Origin: a virus
IMG/VR virus record: IMGVR_UViG_3300042564_004498
Coordinates: 64,001-128,000 of that record
DNA length: 64,000 bases
Reading direction: 5' to 3' (one strand)
In this document: in pieces, positions 46,157-55,625 of the stretch
Layout: each line of letters starts with the position of its first letter
Position numbering within the stretch: position 1 is the stretch's first letter
Program-made: the position numbers and the translations under genes
The notes under the pieces: generated by a model
Seen by the model: only the letters and a program-made list of their open reading frames with translations
What the model was told of the DNA's origin: nothing
Database searches by the model: none

Positions 46157-46684
46157 TTATTTTTTACTGTATGTTTCTAAAATTTCTTTTTCAAACGCTG
46201 TTAATGAACTTACACCATCACAACATATCTTATCTAATATTTGGTCTAAAGACGGTTCTTTAAGTTTGTCTTTTAAATTTAACCAAAATTGTGCCATAAC
46301 TTCTTCATCTTCCTCTTCTTCAAATTCTTCCATAAAATCCAAATTATTTTTAATACGAGACATCTCTAATCTCATATTAACATCCCCTGTAGGACTCTCC
46401 AAGTCAAATAAATTTTTTTTCGCCTCCTCAGGTAACGACACTGACACTTTGTCAGACATCTCTGTTAAAATAAATGAATCCGAAATACCATATAACACAC
46501 CTGTTATGTAGTCAAACAATTCAATTTTAGCAACCTCAGACGCAAAGTGATATAACATAACACCTTTAGAATACTGAAATTTTAAATTAGGGGAATCTAC
46601 AATTGGTGTAATTGATAGAGCAATTTGTCTACAATCTTGTTCTGATTCAAAAAAACCGATTACGGTTAATAAGTAGTTAGTCAT
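46157..46684 (-). CDS. hypothetical protein with DUF6576-like C-terminus
   Basis: LDQILDKI..GVSSLT..EKEIL. Confidence 0.65.
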   Translation of the reverse strand: MTNYLLTVIGFFESEQDCRQIALSITPIVDSPNLKFQYSKGVMLYHFASEVAKIELFDYITGVLYGISDSFILTEMSDKVSVSLPEEAKKNLFDLESPTGDVNMRLEMSRIKNNLDFMEEFEEEEDEEVMAQFWLNLKDKLKEPSLDQILDKICCDGVSSLTAFEKEILETYSKK

Positions 46685-46728
46685 ATTAATTATTATAATT
46701 TATACAAAGATATGAATAATTTTTGAAA

Positions 46729-47220
46729 TTATCTTAACGAATAAACAATTTCACAATTATCTTTAACCCATTTTTCACTGAATGAAATGTGATTTGAAGA
46801 TTTACTCATATTTTCAATTTTAACCTTAGCCTCTTCCAACACTATACTTGTTTCACATTTCCATATTTTTTCACAAACAAGTCCACTTTCTTTATTGAAT
46901 GATGCGAAAAAAAACTCATCGTTTCTTTCAATACGATGAAGATTATCTTTGTGGATTCTGTCTAATTGGAAACTACCACCTTGTTTACAAGACAAGTATT
47001 CATATTTTTTATCACCCTCTAACGAAGTTGCGTCAGGACCATGTTTAGTCTTATGACATCTATGCCCTAAAATCTCAGAGATTATCCATTCTTTTAAAAA
47101 TCCTGGTGTTAAAACATCTTGGGTAAACCCATTATCATTCTTTAATTGATTAATCAACCCCAATAAAACATTCAACGGATTGTCCATTGTTTTAATCTCT
47201 TCATATATTCTTTCTTCCAT
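46729..47220 (-). CDS. PvuII-like restriction-endonuclease-fold protein
   Basis: GPDA..G.KYEYLS, FFASF, NHISFSEKWVKDNCEIVY. Confidence 0.55.
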   Translation of the reverse strand: MEERIYEEIKTMDNPLNVLLGLINQLKNDNGFTQDVLTPGFLKEWIISEILGHRCHKTKHGPDATSLEGDKKYEYLSCKQGGSFQLDRIHKDNLHRIERNDEFFFASFNKESGLVCEKIWKCETSIVLEEAKVKIENMSKSSNHISFSEKWVKDNCEIVYSLR

Positions 47221-47284
47221 AGTCTATTGTTATACGAGCAAAGATAAGACAATGTTTCATAATATCCAAAAAAAAAGTCCCACA

Positions 47285-49663
47285 TTATTGTGAGACTTTT
47301 GAAATGTTATCGGTCTTATTAATTTTAACCACATTATCAGCCCAATTTGAAATTAGTGGGTTATGACTAATCACAAATATTTTTTCAAAATAGTCTTTAA
47401 GTTTCATAAAGAAATCCCCAACCATTTCAAGATTATCATTAGATACTTTACCCCAAGTCTCATCATACACTGATATGTTTGGTTTTGGTAATGAACATAC
47501 TTTTGATAGTACCGCTCTAATGGCAAGTGCTCCAATTGTTTTTTCATACCCTGAACCTGCGGTCATTGGTTTTTCAACACCAGTACCATTATCAATCATT
47601 ATGAAGTCAACCTCATTCTTATCGTTGATACGAATCTCCAAGTTAAAGAAACAAGAGTCCTGAAGTAACCTTTGAAGTTCAGAGTTGATTAATGGCATCA
47701 TAGTTTTCATAATGATTTTACTAATCCCGTTCTTACCATAGATGTCCACATAGATTTTATAAATCTTTTCTCTTTCAAACTCCTCGGCAATCTTAAGAAT
47801 AACACTATTGTTTTTCTCAATACGTGCTTCAAGATTTTCAATTTGAGTTGAGTTGGTATTTTGAATTTTCTCATACCCTCTTTTCTCTCCAATCAATTCA
47901 TCAATACGCAAACCAGCTTTAATTAATTGACCATCAATCTCATTGTTCTTTTTGATTTTGTCCTGAACTTCTTGATACCTTCTAAGTTTGTCCTTAACCT
48001 GTTCAAGTTTTAAGTCATTTGCTTCTAAAGATAGTTCGTGTTTCTCCTTAATAAGTTTGTTTCTTTCATACTCATCAAAGTCTTTCTTAAGATTAACAAA
48101 TCCTTGTTCTTTGCTGGTTAAGTCACGCATTAACCCCTCTAATTGTCCTTTATGCGTGATAAAACCGGCAAGCTCACCTATTTTTGCGTTGGTTATTGCT
48201 GCATTCATCAGTTCAATACCACAATGTTCGCATTTGATTCCACCATCAACCGAACTTTTAAGTTCTTCAATAGTTTTAATCTTTGCGTTGTTCTCCGCTT
48301 GTTTGGTAATCAACTCCTTAATCTCCTGTTTTACCTCATCGTGTTTGTCTTCGTGGTAAAATTCAGATGGTTCAACAACTTTAATCTCTTTGATTTGTCC
48401 TTTAATTCTATCACTTGAAGTTTCAAGGTCTGAGATATCTGACTGAAGTTTAATTGGATTTAAAATAATCAACTCTTGGTCTAAATCCGCAAACTTAGAA
48501 TTAAGTAAATTGTCTTTGTAATCTTGACCTTTCTTAAGTCTTTCATCAACATCTCCAATGTTTTTGGTCATCTCTTTAATTTCATCCTTTTTTTGGATAA
48601 TCTCTTCACCAGAAGTTTCATTGTCTTGTTTCAAAGACTCTGTGTTATAAACATTGGACATCATTCCTTTAGAAAATTCAGAATAAATTTCTTTACCTGT
48701 TTCTTCTTTCTTTTTAAGAAACTCTAATCCCAAAAATCTACTCAATACTTGACCACGAGCGGTTGGTTTTGATTCCAATAAGTCCTCAAGGTTGGATGCT
48801 GTTGTTACGATTGTCATTAAGAAGTCATCCATTGTTCCAATAGATTTCTTCATAAAGTCTTCCGTTTCTCTTCGTTGTTCTCCTGTAAAGTTTTGAAGTT
48901 GACCATCGGCAAGTTTCTTGAAGAACTCAAGTTCTGTTTTAACATTCCATTCACCAGCCTTGGACTTCTTTCGTTCAATCTGACGAGCAATAATGTATTC
49001 CTCACCGTCAATTACGATGTCACCCTTAACACTAACTTTGTTAGAGTCTGTAAACCTATTAAAGATTTCTTCTGCTTTCTGGGTCTTCGTAGTGGTGTTA
49101 AAAAACAAGAACAATAGTAAGTCCACCGTAAGTACAGTCTTACCACCAAAATTAGGTGGGTCTGACTCAACAACAGTAATACCATTACATTTCTCAAAAT
49201 CAATTACTTGGTTATCACCATAAGATAAAAAGTTACTGAACTCAATCTTTTTGATATACCATCTTTTGAATGGAGTAACCTCAACTTCGTTGGCCGCCAT
49301 TCTGTTCTCCACCGCAAGGTCAATGTTCATAACTTGGTCTAAATGTTGTTCTTGCCCTTTAGACTCAAGTAATGATTTAATCAATTCCTTTTGATAATTT
49401 TTATCCATGATGTTTACAGAAACATCAACAGTTTGTTGGGTCTCATCAGTTGTCTTCACCTTAGTGATAACATTGATGTTAGAGGAGTTATACTTCTTTA
49501 TGAAGTATTGCTTTACCGACTTAATTCTCTCTTGGGTAAAGTTTTCAGGAGTATCCTCCCAAATGACTTGGATGTAGGGATTCTCCAAAGCAGATACATC
49601 TATTTTGGTGCTCATATGGTTATAATTAAATGTTGGTTGTGGATTGAATAAATCCCATGTCAT
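47285..49663 (-). CDS. SbcC/gp46-like SMC ATPase (recombination endonuclease subunit)
   Basis: FSNFLSYG, Walker A GGKT, CEHC zinc hook, SGYEK signature, YDE Walker B, ISHN. Confidence 0.95.
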   Translation of the reverse strand: MTWDLFNPQPTFNYNHMSTKIDVSALENPYIQVIWEDTPENFTQERIKSVKQYFIKKYNSSNINVITKVKTTDETQQTVDVSVNIMDKNYQKELIKSLLESKGQEQHLDQVMNIDLAVENRMAANEVEVTPFKRWYIKKIEFSNFLSYGDNQVIDFEKCNGITVVESDPPNFGGKTVLTVDLLLFLFFNTTTKTQKAEEIFNRFTDSNKVSVKGDIVIDGEEYIIARQIERKKSKAGEWNVKTELEFFKKLADGQLQNFTGEQRRETEDFMKKSIGTMDDFLMTIVTTASNLEDLLESKPTARGQVLSRFLGLEFLKKKEETGKEIYSEFSKGMMSNVYNTESLKQDNETSGEEIIQKKDEIKEMTKNIGDVDERLKKGQDYKDNLLNSKFADLDQELIILNPIKLQSDISDLETSSDRIKGQIKEIKVVEPSEFYHEDKHDEVKQEIKELITKQAENNAKIKTIEELKSSVDGGIKCEHCGIELMNAAITNAKIGELAGFITHKGQLEGLMRDLTSKEQGFVNLKKDFDEYERNKLIKEKHELSLEANDLKLEQVKDKLRRYQEVQDKIKKNNEIDGQLIKAGLRIDELIGEKRGYEKIQNTNSTQIENLEARIEKNNSVILKIAEEFEREKIYKIYVDIYGKNGISKIIMKTMMPLINSELQRLLQDSCFFNLEIRINDKNEVDFIMIDNGTGVEKPMTAGSGYEKTIGALAIRAVLSKVCSLPKPNISVYDETWGKVSNDNLEMVGDFFMKLKDYFEKIFVISHNPLISNWADNVVKINKTDNISKVSQ

Positions 49664-49664
49664 T

Positions 49665-49853
49665 TTATACGGTTGGAATTTGTTCTTTTAGTTTATCCTC
49701 GTCGTATTTCTTTTTTAACTCCTCCATTTGTTCCTGCATTGACTTTTTAAATAAGTTTTGCATTGCGGTTTTTTCAGCATTAATTTTTTGGGTTCTTGCT
49801 GCCACTTTTTTTGCGTGAGCTTTATCTCCGCCTCTTTTTTTAGATTTTGCCAT
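49665..49853 (-). CDS. small basic protein
   Basis: 62 aa, MAKSKKRGG. Confidence 0.7.
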   Translation of the reverse strand: MAKSKKRGGDKAHAKKVAARTQKINAEKTAMQNLFKKSMQEQMEELKKKYDEDKLKEQIPTV

Positions 49854-49859
49854 AGTTAT

Positions 49860-50366
49860 TTAATTGTTATTTAATTCGTTATTCATTTCTTCTTGTATTT
49901 CTTCAATTGTCGGTGTTAGTTCGTTTTCAACTTGGTCTTGAAGTTTTTGAATAATCATGTCGTTAATTCGTTGGTATTGGTTATGATTATCTTCTCGTAT
50001 TTCATTCTCGTTAGGTTCCTCTTCATCATCCATATAGGAATTTAACCATTGAGGTCTCTCAGGAACTTTAATTGAATCTATTTTTTCAATCATCAGTTGA
50101 ACTTCAGTCTTACTTCCTCTCAACATTTTACCCATTTTAACTTTATTCTCAAGTCGAGTAAAATCTTTATAAAACGCATCCCCACCAATAAAATTAATAT
50201 CAATTTCGTTATTCTCCAAATACTCAATAATATCAATCATGAGTTCATCATCATCAAGAATTCCCATATTATTACATAATGTAAATAAGTCAGTTGCCTT
50301 AATAATCCATCTTTGAACTTTCTTATCATTAAGTTGTTTAACGATAAATTCATTTAATTTTTCCAC
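49860..50366 (-). CDS. hypothetical protein
   Basis: 168 aa, GTG start. Confidence 0.7.
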   Translation of the reverse strand: MEKLNEFIVKQLNDKKVQRWIIKATDLFTLCNNMGILDDDELMIDIIEYLENNEIDINFIGGDAFYKDFTRLENKVKMGKMLRGSKTEVQLMIEKIDSIKVPERPQWLNSYMDDEEEPNENEIREDNHNQYQRINDMIIQKLQDQVENELTPTIEEIQEEMNNELNNN

Positions 50367-50367
50367 C

Positions 50368-50565
50368 CTACAATCCTTTTGCGATTATTTTAATTTGTTC
50401 AGTTATTACTTTACCATCAGGGTCAAACATTTTCCCATTCAAGTATTTTTTTAATTGTTTTTTTCCTAATTCAATAATTTTTGTATTAACATCGGTTTCA
50501 TCTGAAGTCCACATTAAGTCTTCAATTTTCACTGATACCACATACTCCGCAGATACTCTTTGCAT
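50368..50565 (-). CDS. hypothetical protein
   Basis: Start likely MQRVSA. Confidence 0.6.
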   Translation of the reverse strand: MQRVSAEYVVSVKIEDLMWTSDETDVNTKIIELGKKQLKKYLNGKMFDPDGKVITEQIKIIAKGL

Positions 50566-50566
50566 A

Positions 50567-50920
50567 TTATCCTTTTTTTGGTCGGTTTTCTTCATACCAT
50601 TCAACAATTGCATTAATTGCCCATACTGAACCTGAACCTAACATCCCGTCAAAGAACCATGATGCCCATGAACTAACTCCAAGCATTTCGTGTACTGGTG
50701 AATATAAGAAAATTCCAAATAAGAATCCAACCCATACCGACGCACACATCATACATTTAATCATATCACTCACAAATATAAAGAACCCTCTGAAAGGAAA
50801 ATGTGGTGTGTTTGATGCTTTATTAATGGAGTTTCTTGGTCCATTAAAGATACTTCCGTAAACGATTATGTTGGTCATCCCATACGCCATAATCATCCAT
50901 AATAATAGTTGTGTAATCAT
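50567..50920 (-). CDS. DUF1360-like membrane protein
   Basis: CMMCASVWVG between TM helices. Confidence 0.65.
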   Translation of the reverse strand: MITQLLLWMIMAYGMTNIIVYGSIFNGPRNSINKASNTPHFPFRGFFIFVSDMIKCMMCASVWVGFLFGIFLYSPVHEMLGVSSWASWFFDGMLGSGSVWAINAIVEWYEENRPKKG

Positions 50921-50928
50921 ATTTATTT

Positions 50929-51585
50929 TTATTTATAAAGTTTATCGTCTAAATTAGACCCTTTTAAGAACATCGCTCTTTTATCGTCATTAAACTTTTG
51001 AATGTCTTCAATCGTTTTTTCGTATTCTTTAATCTTTTTGTCTTTGTCAATGTTATCTTGTTTCAACTTTTGAACTGTATTTTGAAGGGCATCAAGTTTT
51101 GGTTTTAAACTATTATCAGTTGTCTCCTTTTCTACGACAACTTCTTTTATCACCTCTTTCTCTACAATGACTTCCTTAATAATTGGTTCTTGATTTTCCA
51201 ACTGTTGTATTTTTAACAACAGTTCATTTACTTTAGTTTCGTCCCAAATATTGTCTAAATTTGGGACAGACACTTCTTTAATTACTTCAACAACTTTTTC
51301 TACTATAACTTCCTTAATGACTTCAATAGGTTTTTCAACATCAACATATTCAATCCTAATAACCTCTTTCTCCTCAACCACAGGAATCTCAACATACTTA
51401 ATAATTTCTTTGATAACTTCTTTTTCAATAACTTCTTGGCCAGTATTCAAAAGTCCATATCTTTCTATATTAAATCCAACTGTAAAGGAATCCTTGACAA
51501 CTGAACTAATCAGTAAATCATTTAGATTACAATAAGACAATAAATCTTTATGTTCAGTAGTTGAGAGATTAAGTTTTACTTCCAT
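50929..51585 (-). CDS. V/E/K-repeat coiled-coil protein
   Basis: Many EVIKEVIVEK-type repeats. Confidence 0.8.
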   Translation of the reverse strand: MEVKLNLSTTEHKDLLSYCNLNDLLISSVVKDSFTVGFNIERYGLLNTGQEVIEKEVIKEIIKYVEIPVVEEKEVIRIEYVDVEKPIEVIKEVIVEKVVEVIKEVSVPNLDNIWDETKVNELLLKIQQLENQEPIIKEVIVEKEVIKEVVVEKETTDNSLKPKLDALQNTVQKLKQDNIDKDKKIKEYEKTIEDIQKFNDDKRAMFLKGSNLDDKLYK

Positions 51586-51586
51586 A

Positions 51587-52366
51587 TTAATAGTTAACTA
51601 ATTTCTCAGTCCCTTCAATTAAACAATCAATTGAGTTAATGTAGAACGATAAAAATGGTTTAGGGTTTGGTAAATCAACAAAATCATATTCATCTTTTTC
51701 AATATCATACACACCGTACCCATGTTTAGTTATTTTCTCCCCAAAGTTCTGTTGGATAGTAGAGCCAATCATATACGCTTTCTTTTCACCAGGTATATCA
51801 AACACTTGTCTCTTATGAATATCTCCACATAAAACAAGGTCACATCCTTTAAATTTACTGGTGTCAAACCCATCTTCAAATTTATATCCAATATCAGTAT
51901 AAAGACCTTGTATTGGTCCATGGAATAATCCAATATTTTTGTTTGTTGATTTTTGAACATCAGGTGGAATGTTATGTTCCATTAATGAGAATACACACCA
52001 ATTAACATTGTCATCCTCATACACTCCTCTGTTCTTTAAATAGACAATGTTATCATTGTTAAGTGAATCAATGATTGGAGTTAAGGCATCAAGTCTGGTG
52101 TTGTTGTTCTCAAGGAAATCGTGATTACCAATTATAACAATAGTCTTTGCAATTTTGGCACATTCTGTTAATATCCAAGCAACAAACTCAATAAGTTCGG
52201 GTGTCATTTGATTTTTAGAATGAACTAAATCACCAGTAAAAACAATTCTATCAGGTTGAAGTGTTTTCCATTCTTTTAATGCGGACTCAAGTATTCCACG
52301 ATATAAGTCGTGGTCTTTAAATAACCTAACATGTAAGTCTGAAAAATGAACTAATCTATTAATCAT
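51587..52366 (-). CDS. SbcD/Mre11/gp47-like nuclease
   Basis: SDLH, TGD, GNHD, FHG, GDIHK, GS..QQNFGE. Confidence 0.9.
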   Translation of the reverse strand: MINRLVHFSDLHVRLFKDHDLYRGILESALKEWKTLQPDRIVFTGDLVHSKNQMTPELIEFVAWILTECAKIAKTIVIIGNHDFLENNNTRLDALTPIIDSLNNDNIVYLKNRGVYEDDNVNWCVFSLMEHNIPPDVQKSTNKNIGLFHGPIQGLYTDIGYKFEDGFDTSKFKGCDLVLCGDIHKRQVFDIPGEKKAYMIGSTIQQNFGEKITKHGYGVYDIEKDEYDFVDLPNPKPFLSFYINSIDCLIEGTEKLVNY

Positions 52367-52598
52367 TAATTAATGTTTTTTCGTTTTCATCAAATGGATT
52401 AAATCCTTTATTTACATGACCGCAAGATTCACATTTATAAATCGGGAATGGTACCGTAGTATCTTCTGATGAACCAGTCATAAGTGCGGGAACTCTTTTA
52501 AGATAGATTACCTCATTGAAGTAAATCCCTTCACATTTTTCACATTTAATTGTCGGGCAATCTCTTAAATTAATTTTTGGTTGCTGTAATTCGCTCAT
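52359..52598 (-). CDS. zinc-ribbon protein
   Basis: CEKC..CESCGH. Confidence 0.75.
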   Translation of the reverse strand: MSELQQPKINLRDCPTIKCEKCEGIYFNEVIYLKRVPALMTGSSEDTTVPFPIYKCESCGHVNKGFNPFDENEKTLIND

Positions 52599-52625
52599 AT
52601 TTTTTCTTTTAAATTTAGTTATTTT

Positions 52626-53471
52626 TTACTTCTTTGTCAAATATTTTTTCATATCCATACTTAAAATCATATTGATAACCTCTTGAGGTACTTTATACTC
52701 GTCGTACTCACCATCATCTTTCAAATGGGATATAACACAACCAAGTAGTTTGATATCTTCATATTTGGTCCCTTTTAACATCTTTATAAGTAATTTACCA
52801 TAGAATGGTAATTGAAGGTAGTAGTGCCCTAATGCGGTGTCAGGGAACTTATTAAATGGGACTTTCAATCTTTTGGTATAACTGGTCTCTTGGAAATTCT
52901 TTTTCTTATTTGTTTTCCAATCCGTAATAACCAATCCAAATCCTGTTTTGTCTTTGTTCATCATTAACCATACCTTATCGGGTTGACCTGTATAACCTAA
53001 TTCAGGGTCTCCTAAAACCATCTCCGTATCTAATAACACAGCCCCTCTTTCTTCCATCAATTTAATATATTTATCCCCCGCACTAATCATCGCATCTCCT
53101 TTCATAATTTGAACCGCGTCACATTCAAAGATAGGTTGTCTAACTTCTTTGTAATTTCCATTACGTTCAATAATGTTTTTCTCCAATACAAAATGGACCC
53201 TACTACCCATATTTGTGGAGTAAGTTCCTGCCGCCGCCCACTCTTCAATTAACTCTTGTTGTCTTTGCGGGTCACCACCAGCTTTATTATAAGATGCTTG
53301 TTCTAACGGAAATTCTGTGTAAAATTTCTTAAGTACTTTTGACACAGAAGGATAATCATTCCTACCATTCATTGTGTATATGTGGTCTGCCTCTTCAAAA
53401 GTTAACCCAAGTTCATTTTGTCTTTGAGATATTAATTCTCTTATCTCTTCGACAATTTTATTTAATTTCAT
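52626..53471 (-). CDS. PD-(D/E)XK exonuclease (RecB/Cas4-like)
   Basis: PSVS, GSRVH..E, TE, GQPD, DWKT, Y.LQL..Y. Confidence 0.9.
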   Translation of the reverse strand: MKLNKIVEEIRELISQRQNELGLTFEEADHIYTMNGRNDYPSVSKVLKKFYTEFPLEQASYNKAGGDPQRQQELIEEWAAAGTYSTNMGSRVHFVLEKNIIERNGNYKEVRQPIFECDAVQIMKGDAMISAGDKYIKLMEERGAVLLDTEMVLGDPELGYTGQPDKVWLMMNKDKTGFGLVITDWKTNKKKNFQETSYTKRLKVPFNKFPDTALGHYYLQLPFYGKLLIKMLKGTKYEDIKLLGCVISHLKDDGEYDEYKVPQEVINMILSMDMKKYLTKK

Positions 53472-54372
53472 AATAATATTCTTCAATTTGACCTTTTAAA
53501 TCACAGATGTCTTTGTCACCAGGTAATTTAATAATCTTTATTTTATTGTATAACCTACCACCATTTAATTCATGGTATAATTTTAATCCGTCAGCCCAAG
53601 CATCACCGTCAACACAGATGATAATATTTCTTAACGCCTTTTCATATAAAGTTTCAAATAACAAAGCACTCATTTTCTTACCCAACATAACAATTGAGTT
53701 ATTTAAGAAAAACCCATCAAACGCACCTTCAACCAAATAAACATCTTCAAACCAATCAATAAGACCTTCATTAAATATGATTTCATCTTTAGGTACTGTT
53801 GGGTTTTTGTATTTCATTTTGTTTGCTACCCACGCTCTTGCAACAAAATAGTTAAGAGCCCCTTCTGTATTAAATGATGGTACTATAATTCTATAGGCGA
53901 AGTCACCAGATACGGTGTATCCAATTTTATACTTTTCAATAATTTCTTCAGTAATACCTCTTGAGGTAAGATACCTCATGGCCTCAATGTGTGGAATAAA
54001 TCTTGCGTTGGAATCCTTGAAGGTGGTGTATCCTTCGGGTAATCTTAATTTAGGTCGTTTAAGTTCTTCTTTCTTTAACTCCTCAGGTTTGATTAAATTA
54101 TAAAGTTTCTTTTGTGCTTTGGTTCCATGTTTGTCAAATAGTTTACCAAGAGGTCCTTGAGTTCCGAATGTTTCCCCACAAGACCAACATTTATAAACAT
54201 GTTTTCCATAATTAATCTCAAGGTTACCTTTACCATCACCCCCATCTAACCCTTTTTCATCAGCACACACAGGACAGTCAAAAGATATTTGACCTTTAGA
54301 TTCGTAATGTTGTTTGGGTCTTCCCAATACATCCGTAAGTAACTCAACTAATACCTCAATTTCGTCTGACAT
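53458..54372 (-). CDS. DNA primase (zinc-binding plus TOPRIM)
   Basis: CPVC..CWSC, YLTSRG, KYKNP, VEGAFD, DGD, KD..D. Confidence 0.9.
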   Translation of the reverse strand: MSDEIEVLVELLTDVLGRPKQHYESKGQISFDCPVCADEKGLDGGDGKGNLEINYGKHVYKCWSCGETFGTQGPLGKLFDKHGTKAQKKLYNLIKPEELKKEELKRPKLRLPEGYTTFKDSNARFIPHIEAMRYLTSRGITEEIIEKYKIGYTVSGDFAYRIIVPSFNTEGALNYFVARAWVANKMKYKNPTVPKDEIIFNEGLIDWFEDVYLVEGAFDGFFLNNSIVMLGKKMSALLFETLYEKALRNIIICVDGDAWADGLKLYHELNGGRLYNKIKIIKLPGDKDICDLKGQIEEYYYEIK

Positions 54373-54389
54373 ATTACAAATATAGTAAA

Positions 54390-54554
54390 TTATTTAGGAT
54401 TGTCATCTTTTTTAGTAACACCCACAATATGTTTTCTCCACCATTTCATAACAGAACTATCTTCATCAAAATATTTCTCAATTGTAAATGCTCCGAACAC
54501 AAAAAGAATTGTGACGAAAGCCAAAAATAACCAAATAAATAAAACTATTCCCAT
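54390..54554 (-). CDS. small membrane protein (54 aa; not in ORF track)
   Basis: MGIVLFIWLFLAFVTILFVFGAF..KWWRKHIVG. Confidence 0.55.
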   Translation of the reverse strand: MGIVLFIWLFLAFVTILFVFGAFTIEKYFDEDSSVMKWWRKHIVGVTKKDDNPK

Positions 54555-54910
54555 CCTACTTTATTTATAAATCCGTAATCTTTTATATCAACATTAAAAT
54601 AATACATTCTGTTTTTTACTTCCCATAACATATTTTTTCTTAAAAATCTATTTAATTTAATTTTAGATACTCTATATCCCTTATGTTCAAGAATGGATGT
54701 GTCATACCATGTTTTATTTCCATTAACAATCTTTACAAAAATCTTACCTTCAAAAACAACATCTATTTCATCTCGTGATGTATATTTACGATAGTTTTTA
54801 ATTTTTATAATACCATCAAGATTTCCATCACAAATAGGGATTTCACCCAATTTTGGAAGTAACTTCTTAATTGATTTAGTTTCGGAATTAACAATGGTGT
54901 ATCTTGACAT
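54545..54910 (-). CDS. hypothetical protein
   Basis: Start reassigned to MSRYT, 4 nt after TATCTTTG. Confidence 0.7.
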   Translation of the reverse strand: MSRYTIVNSETKSIKKLLPKLGEIPICDGNLDGIIKIKNYRKYTSRDEIDVVFEGKIFVKIVNGNKTWYDTSILEHKGYRVSKIKLNRFLRKNMLWEVKNRMYYFNVDIKDYGFINKVGWE

Positions 54911-54938
54911 AAAACAAAGATACAAAAAAGATTTTAAT

Positions 54939-55547
54939 CTACCAAATTTCTTTCATCTTCATATAACCTAAAGCGGCACTATAAGCATCTGAAGAGTCAA
55001 AATTTTCTTTTTTAAGTGTATTGTTTCTGGTATAATTCCAAACAATTTGAGGTTCTCGTTTGGAGACTTGTTCCCATATTACGACTTTTTTATCAATGTC
55101 TTTTGGTAGACCACCGAATAAAACATATTTTCCTTTGTCGTTGGGTTGTACTAAGTGTGGGAAGGCAAATTTTCTTGAATTGTAAGTAGAAATGAATTCT
55201 GGCACAACACCTAATATATCATATACTTCTTTACAAACAAGGGTATTAAATCTTAATAGTGTTCCAACGGTATAAACATTATTTGAGTTTAAAAGTGGCT
55301 CCTCAATAATAACATAGGTGATTCCCATACCGACGTACGCCAAAAGTTTTTCTCTGAAGATGTTACTTTTTAACATTAACTCTTCAATCTTATTTTCAAC
55401 TTTAGGTTTTGGTGTTGGAGAAACATGAGTAAGTTCCAATAATTGTTGTGATTGAATATCAAATAACGCAAACCCAATTGTTTTTGTTGAAACATCTAAC
55501 CCCAATACTTTTGGAGTATTTAATTCAATTTGTTGTCTATTTGTCAT
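54939..55547 (-). CDS. RuvC-like Holliday junction resolvase
   Basis: LGLDVST..IG, IIEEP, DKK, DSSDAY. Confidence 0.85.
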   Translation of the reverse strand: MTNRQQIELNTPKVLGLDVSTKTIGFALFDIQSQQLLELTHVSPTPKPKVENKIEELMLKSNIFREKLLAYVGMGITYVIIEEPLLNSNNVYTVGTLLRFNTLVCKEVYDILGVVPEFISTYNSRKFAFPHLVQPNDKGKYVLFGGLPKDIDKKVVIWEQVSKREPQIVWNYTRNNTLKKENFDSSDAYSAALGYMKMKEIW

Positions 55548-55625
55548 AATTAGAAAATTTGGGCTTCTATTATTCTCCCGTATTGATTATAAATTAACAA
55601 AATGAAATTGATTGTAAAGTTCTTA

